Of a stretch of 64,000 nt of DNA, positions 59,907 through 64,000 are shown in pieces. The position numbers and the translations under genes were made by a program. Positions within the stretch are counted from its first letter, which is position 1. Each line of letters starts with the position of its first letter. The DNA is from Candidatus Nanoarchaeia archaeon (GTDB lineage: Archaea; Nanobdellota; Nanobdellia; Woesearchaeales; GW2011-AR4). Location: positions 10,065-74,064 of the forward strand of contig DATDZA010000018.1 in NCBI GenBank assembly GCA_035288865.1, written 5' to 3'. Below the pieces are notes generated by a model, which saw nothing but the letters and a program-made list of their open reading frames with translations, was not told where the DNA came from and did no database searches.

Positions 59907-60626
59907 ATGACAATCGGAAAAGTCGCTTTAATAACTGGTTCTAGCAGGGGAATAGGGCTTGAGATAGCAAAAACATTATACAGAAATAACTATTCAGTCA
60001 GCTTGATTAGCAGAAACAAGGATGAACTACAGCGCTCATTTGGCAAAAGCAAGAATGCACTATTCATAAAATGTGATGTCTCGTCTGTGGATGACATTAA
60101 ATCTGCAGTAGCGCAAACAATAAAGAGGTTTGGCAGGATTGACATTCTCGTAAATAACGCAGGCGTTAACTTAAGAACTGATTTCATGCATACTACTAAA
60201 GAAGAATGGAACGAAGTGATTAATACAAACCTTACGAGCGTGTTCTTCATTTCCCAGTTTGTTGGGAACATCATGCTCAAGCAGAAAGGAGGCTCCATCA
60301 TAAATATATCATCTGTACTCGGTATAAAGGCAGATTCTGTTTCTGTTCAATACGGGGTGTCTAAAGGGGCAATAATTACATTAACAAAATATCTGGCAAA
60401 AACGTTTGCGCCCAACATCAGCGTGAACTGTATAGCTCCGGGCTTTGTAAACACCGGCTGGCATTCTGATAAATCTCCTGAACGTATCCAGAGTATAATA
60501 GAAAGGATACCGATGAAGCGCTTTGCCGAGCCCAAAGAAGTTGCACAATTGGCGTTCTTTTTGGCATCACAGGGAAGGTATATAACAGGCGAAACAATAA
60601 TTATGGATGGAGGGTATAGCTTGTGA
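59907..60626 (+). CDS. short-chain dehydrogenase/reductase (SDR, FabG-like)
   Basis: ALITGSSRGIGLEIA, NNAG, YGVSKGA (YxxxK). Confidence 0.8.
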   Translation: MTIGKVALITGSSRGIGLEIAKTLYRNNYSVSLISRNKDELQRSFGKSKNALFIKCDVSSVDDIKSAVAQTIKRFGRIDILVNNAGVNLRTDFMHTTKEEWNEVINTNLTSVFFISQFVGNIMLKQKGGSIINISSVLGIKADSVSVQYGVSKGAIITLTKYLAKTFAPNISVNCIAPGFVNTGWHSDKSPERIQSIIERIPMKRFAEPKEVAQLAFFLASQGRYITGETIIMDGGYSL

Positions 60627-60635
60627 CTTACAGGC

Positions 60636-62126
60636 TTAATGAATAACTCTTTTGTACAGCATTTTTAATTCTTCTATCGTTACTGCCCTGAACAGAAAGA
60701 GCAGAATTACATAAGATGATGATGCTATGGCAAGCACTATAAAAGTCTCAAGCCACACATTCAAAACGAGCCCTCTTTTTAATACCCATATAATAGAGGT
60801 AAAAATGATTCCGGCGCTAAATGTTTTTACCCATAAACCCACTGGAAACTCTATATTAATAAATTTCTTTATATAAAATAATCCGACAGCCATCATTATG
60901 AAATAGCTTATGGTTGTAGTTATTGCAGCGCCTATAATTCCAAATATGGGGATCAAAATTATATTACCAACAAAATTAAAAGCTGCGGCAGCATAAACCA
61001 CTATTGCAGTAATTCTCGGCTTCCCTATCCCGGCAAAAAAACTTATGTTTATTCCGTATAAGACTGCAAAAATCATCCCTATGCTCAGCACTTTCATTGA
61101 ATTGCTGGCCATTATATAACCCTTCCCATAAAGAACCGTTATAAGGAGGTCGCTGAACGAAAACATGATAAAAACTGCCGGAATTATAAGAATGATTGAA
61201 TATTTGTACAGTGATTCTATTCCAATCTTCAGCAGATCATTTTTCTTTTTTACCCACAATTCAGATGTCAATGGCAATAAAACGCCGCTGATCGCTCTAG
61301 GAAAGTACAGTAAGACTTTTGTTGTAGGCAATGCCACGCTGTACAGGCCGACACTTTTCAGGTCGGAGAAATAAGTCAGTGCCACGATATCAGTATAATA
61401 AAGAATCATTCCAGCTGCACTTGTTTCTGTGACAAAAATGCTGTATTTTGATATTTTTTTTATCAAGCCCATGTCAAAAGAGAATTTGGACGTTGAAAAA
61501 TCTGGAAAAACATTTTTCAAAAGTATCCAGCCGAATACAAGCAGCAGAATAAATGGTGTTATAGTATATGCTATCACTGGTCCCAGCAGGCCATAATTCA
61601 TTTTTATCCCAATAAATATTATGATTAAAATGAGAATCATCCTGACGATATCTATCACTGAAAAATAAATCATTTTTTTAAATCCCTGGAATGCAAATTT
61701 GACAACCATAACAAAGCTGTCAACAAAAAAAGCAATTGCAAGAAGCTTAAGGACAATGCCTGCCTTTGGGCTTTGGAAAAAATTCATGCTCAAATAACTG
61801 GAAAATAAATACACGCCTAAAATTATTATTATGTTTATCACCAGCATTATGATGCATACATAAAAAATGGAGCTTTTTATGAAATCTTTTTTATTTTCGT
61901 GCAGAAATTCTGGAATAAATTTTATAAGCGCCTTGTCAAAACCCAGGCTTTTGAATACCCCCAGCAATCCTAAAAAAGAAAAAACTGAATTGAACAATCC
62001 AAAGTCCTCAACGCTAAGATTTCTTGCCATCACAAGCCGTACAAGGTAGCCAAGAAATGCCGCAAACAAGGATATGACTAATACTGTAATAGTCCCCCTG
62101 ACTGCGAATTTTGTGTAATTTGTCAT
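60636..62126 (-). CDS. Wzx-like flippase (MOP superfamily polysaccharide biosynthesis protein)
   Basis: About 14 TM helices and family-typical topology. Second flippase in the island. Confidence 0.7.
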   Translation of the reverse strand: MTNYTKFAVRGTITVLVISLFAAFLGYLVRLVMARNLSVEDFGLFNSVFSFLGLLGVFKSLGFDKALIKFIPEFLHENKKDFIKSSIFYVCIIMLVINIIIILGVYLFSSYLSMNFFQSPKAGIVLKLLAIAFFVDSFVMVVKFAFQGFKKMIYFSVIDIVRMILILIIIFIGIKMNYGLLGPVIAYTITPFILLLVFGWILLKNVFPDFSTSKFSFDMGLIKKISKYSIFVTETSAAGMILYYTDIVALTYFSDLKSVGLYSVALPTTKVLLYFPRAISGVLLPLTSELWVKKKNDLLKIGIESLYKYSIILIIPAVFIMFSFSDLLITVLYGKGYIMASNSMKVLSIGMIFAVLYGINISFFAGIGKPRITAIVVYAAAAFNFVGNIILIPIFGIIGAAITTTISYFIMMAVGLFYIKKFINIEFPVGLWVKTFSAGIIFTSIIWVLKRGLVLNVWLETFIVLAIASSSYVILLFLFRAVTIEELKMLYKRVIH

Positions 62127-62231
62127 TACCAGAGGCTCGGATTGTTGTTATTTAAAGCTTTCTGGACAGCAAGCACAGTTTAGAAAATTTTATATACCAA
62201 CTTAAAAACGTCTGAATAGGGGCAAAATACA

Positions 62232-64000
62232 ATGGTAGAAAATACTATAATAGGCATACGCTCGTATTTTACTGGCCAGAACGCTGATGAGTTGGAAATG
62301 CAGCTGAGGGGGGCAAGGAAATATTTTCCCGAAAGCAAAATCGTGGTTGCATTGTGCGGGGACGAGCCCACTAAAGCAATAAAAGGCTACGCAACAAAAA
62401 TCTTCCATTACAGCAAAAAACCGGTTGGATGGACGCAGCCATGGAAAATACTCACAGATTATGCAAAATCATCCAAGGCAACCGAGCTTATAGTGGTTGA
62501 TGGTGATGGTCAGCACATATTCTCAGAAATAAGGAGAATCTATGATAAAAATCGGGGGAAAGTTGTAGTGCCTGAAAGGGAAAAGAGAATAATTTTTCTT
62601 TCGGACTCGGAAATAAGCAGGGTGACTTTGGAAGATCTTGAAAATACTTTCTTAAGAGTGAAATACAATTGCACCTTAAAAGACCCGCAGCCAGGATTAT
62701 TTATGATTCTGAATAGGAATGTCATATACAAAATAAATTTTAATAATATAGACCCATGGATTGGAGATGCCGCGTTTCTTGCGCATCTTTATGAAAACAA
62801 AGTGAAAATAGCCTCCCCAAAAATAAAAGTAAGGAGCCAGACAACAACCTCCCTGAATTTGGATATTGTATTCAAGGGAATAATAGAGCTTGAAAAATAT
62901 TTTGGCATAAGTTTTTTGGATATCATAAACGCCATGAAAAAAAGGCCTGAGCAATATCTCTACCAGGGACGGTTGACGGAACTAGATTATATCAAGAAAA
63001 AATATGGTGAGTTCCAGAATAAAACAAAAATAAAAAGTATGAAAGGCCTTATACTAAGTGGCGGACACGGCACAAGGCTCAGGCCGATAACGCACACAAA
63101 ACAGAAGCAGCTGATACCAATTGCAAACCGTCCAATTCTGTTTTATGTTATTGATGATTTGGCGAAATCCGGAATTACTGAAATAGGAATAATAACTGGT
63201 CCAAACAAGGACCAAATTCAAAATATTGTCGGTGATGGCTCAAAGTGGAATGTCAAAATCACATACATGGAGCAGCAAAGCCCTCTTGGACTGGCTCACG
63301 CTGTCAAAATTTCAAGAGATTTTATCCGAGATGATGATTTTATCATGTATCTGGGTGATAACCTTCTTAATGACAATATAACTGAATTTGTTTCAAACTT
63401 TCAAAATTCGAATGCCGATGCGAGCATCCTGTTGAATCCGGTAAAAGATCCAAGTAATTTTGGTGTTGCAACACTGAATAAAAAAGGGGAAATTGTCAGG
63501 CTAGTTGAAAAGCCTAAAAATCCATCATCAAATCTGGCTGTTGTTGGAGTTTATGCATTTAGAAAATCAATCTTCAAGGCAATAGACCACCTGAAGCCCT
63601 CTGCACGTGGAGAATTGGAAATAACCGACGCAATACAATGGCTCGTTGAGCATTCTTACAAGGTAACATCAGAGCTTGTTGAAGGCTGGTGGAAAGATAC
63701 TGGAAAAGCAGACTCTCTTCTCGAAGCAAATCATCTTATTCTTGACGGCAAGCTTGAAGTTCTAAACAAAGGAACAATAGAAGACGGTGCAATCGTGAGT
63801 GGAAGAGTAAATATAGGGGATGGCACTGTTATCAAGAAAGGAGCATCAATAAGGGGTCCAGTCATAATCGGGCAAAATTGTTTTATAGGTCCGAATGTTT
63901 TTATAGGTCCATTCACTTCAATTGGAAATAATGTACAGGTTTTAAGCGGTGAAATTGAATACTCAATACTTCTTGCCGATTGCAAGATCAACACAAACCA
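62232..64000 (+). CDS. partial CDS (runs off the window): GT2-like domain fused to glucose-1-phosphate thymidylyltransferase (RmlA-like) with left-handed β-helix tail
   Basis: Open frame from ATG 62232 to the window end, absent from the track because there is no in-window stop. N-terminal VVDGDGQH (DxDxQH-like). Then GLILSGGHGTRLRPIT...LGDNLL is classic RmlA, followed by hexapeptide repeats (GDGTVIKKGASIRGPVIIGQNCFIGPNVFIG). Confidence 0.6.
   Translation, partial: MVENTIIGIRSYFTGQNADELEMQLRGARKYFPESKIVVALCGDEPTKAIKGYATKIFHYSKKPVGWTQPWKILTDYAKSSKATELIVVDGDGQHIFSEIRRIYDKNRGKVVVPEREKRIIFLSDSEISRVTLEDLENTFLRVKYNCTLKDPQPGLFMILNRNVIYKINFNNIDPWIGDAAFLAHLYENKVKIASPKIKVRSQTTTSLNLDIVFKGIIELEKYFGISFLDIINAMKKRPEQYLYQGRLTELDYIKKKYGEFQNKTKIKSMKGLILSGGHGTRLRPITHTKQKQLIPIANRPILFYVIDDLAKSGITEIGIITGPNKDQIQNIVGDGSKWNVKITYMEQQSPLGLAHAVKISRDFIRDDDFIMYLGDNLLNDNITEFVSNFQNSNADASILLNPVKDPSNFGVATLNKKGEIVRLVEKPKNPSSNLAVVGVYAFRKSIFKAIDHLKPSARGELEITDAIQWLVEHSYKVTSELVEGWWKDTGKADSLLEANHLILDGKLEVLNKGTIEDGAIVSGRVNIGDGTVIKKGASIRGPVIIGQNCFIGPNVFIGPFTSIGNNVQVLSGEIEYSILLADCKINTN

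Overview
Visibly AT-rich archaeal chromosome segment. Archaeal hallmarks are a RadB recombinase paralog, an archaeal-type MBF1, a stand-alone 5S rRNA preceded by a TATA-like box, and a UbiA prenyltransferase. From about 2 kb to the window end almost everything is a single large cell-surface glycan / protein-glycosylation island. It carries at least eight GT-A/GT-B glycosyltransferases (four GT2-type, four GT4) plus two GT-C-like membrane glycosyltransferases, and two Wzx-like flippases. Several NDP-sugar pathways are present: UDP-GlcA/UDP-Xyl via ugd and a UDP-glucuronate decarboxylase, CDP-6-deoxyhexose via rfbF/rfbG, a dTDP-glucose 4,6-dehydratase, and a partial GT2-like/RmlA-like fusion running off the 3' end. 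Around them sit SAM methyltransferases, an asparagine-synthetase-type amidotransferase, and a block of signal-peptide proteins dense in N-glycosylation sequons, including a metzincin-like protease. Three modules look unusual. First, a sulfate-activation module (APS kinase flanked by two PHP phosphoesterase paralogs, next to a GalT/Apa2-like HIT protein) with no canonical ATP sulfurylase, plus two sulfatase-family proteins further on. Second, two tandem paralogous Polβ-type nucleotidyltransferase proteins, one of which has its Mg-binding DxD degraded to DxN. Third, an operon built around a 3-dehydroquinate-synthase-family sugar-phosphate cyclase with a VOC protein, SDR, MOFRL kinase, LicC-like nucleotidyltransferase and a divergent type-I GAPDH, followed by an aminotransferase/nucleotidyltransferase/SDR set. 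That third operon resembles cyclitol or pseudosugar nucleotide pathways that are not known from archaeal glycan loci. Other notable items are a 5S rRNA with an apparent inserted hairpin, an 81-bp tandem duplication spanning a gene junction, and a nucleotidyltransferase with an N-terminal ribbon-helix-helix (RHH) DNA-binding motif. No CRISPR arrays, tRNAs or obvious mobile elements were seen. All functional calls rest on motif recognition by eye and are unverified.
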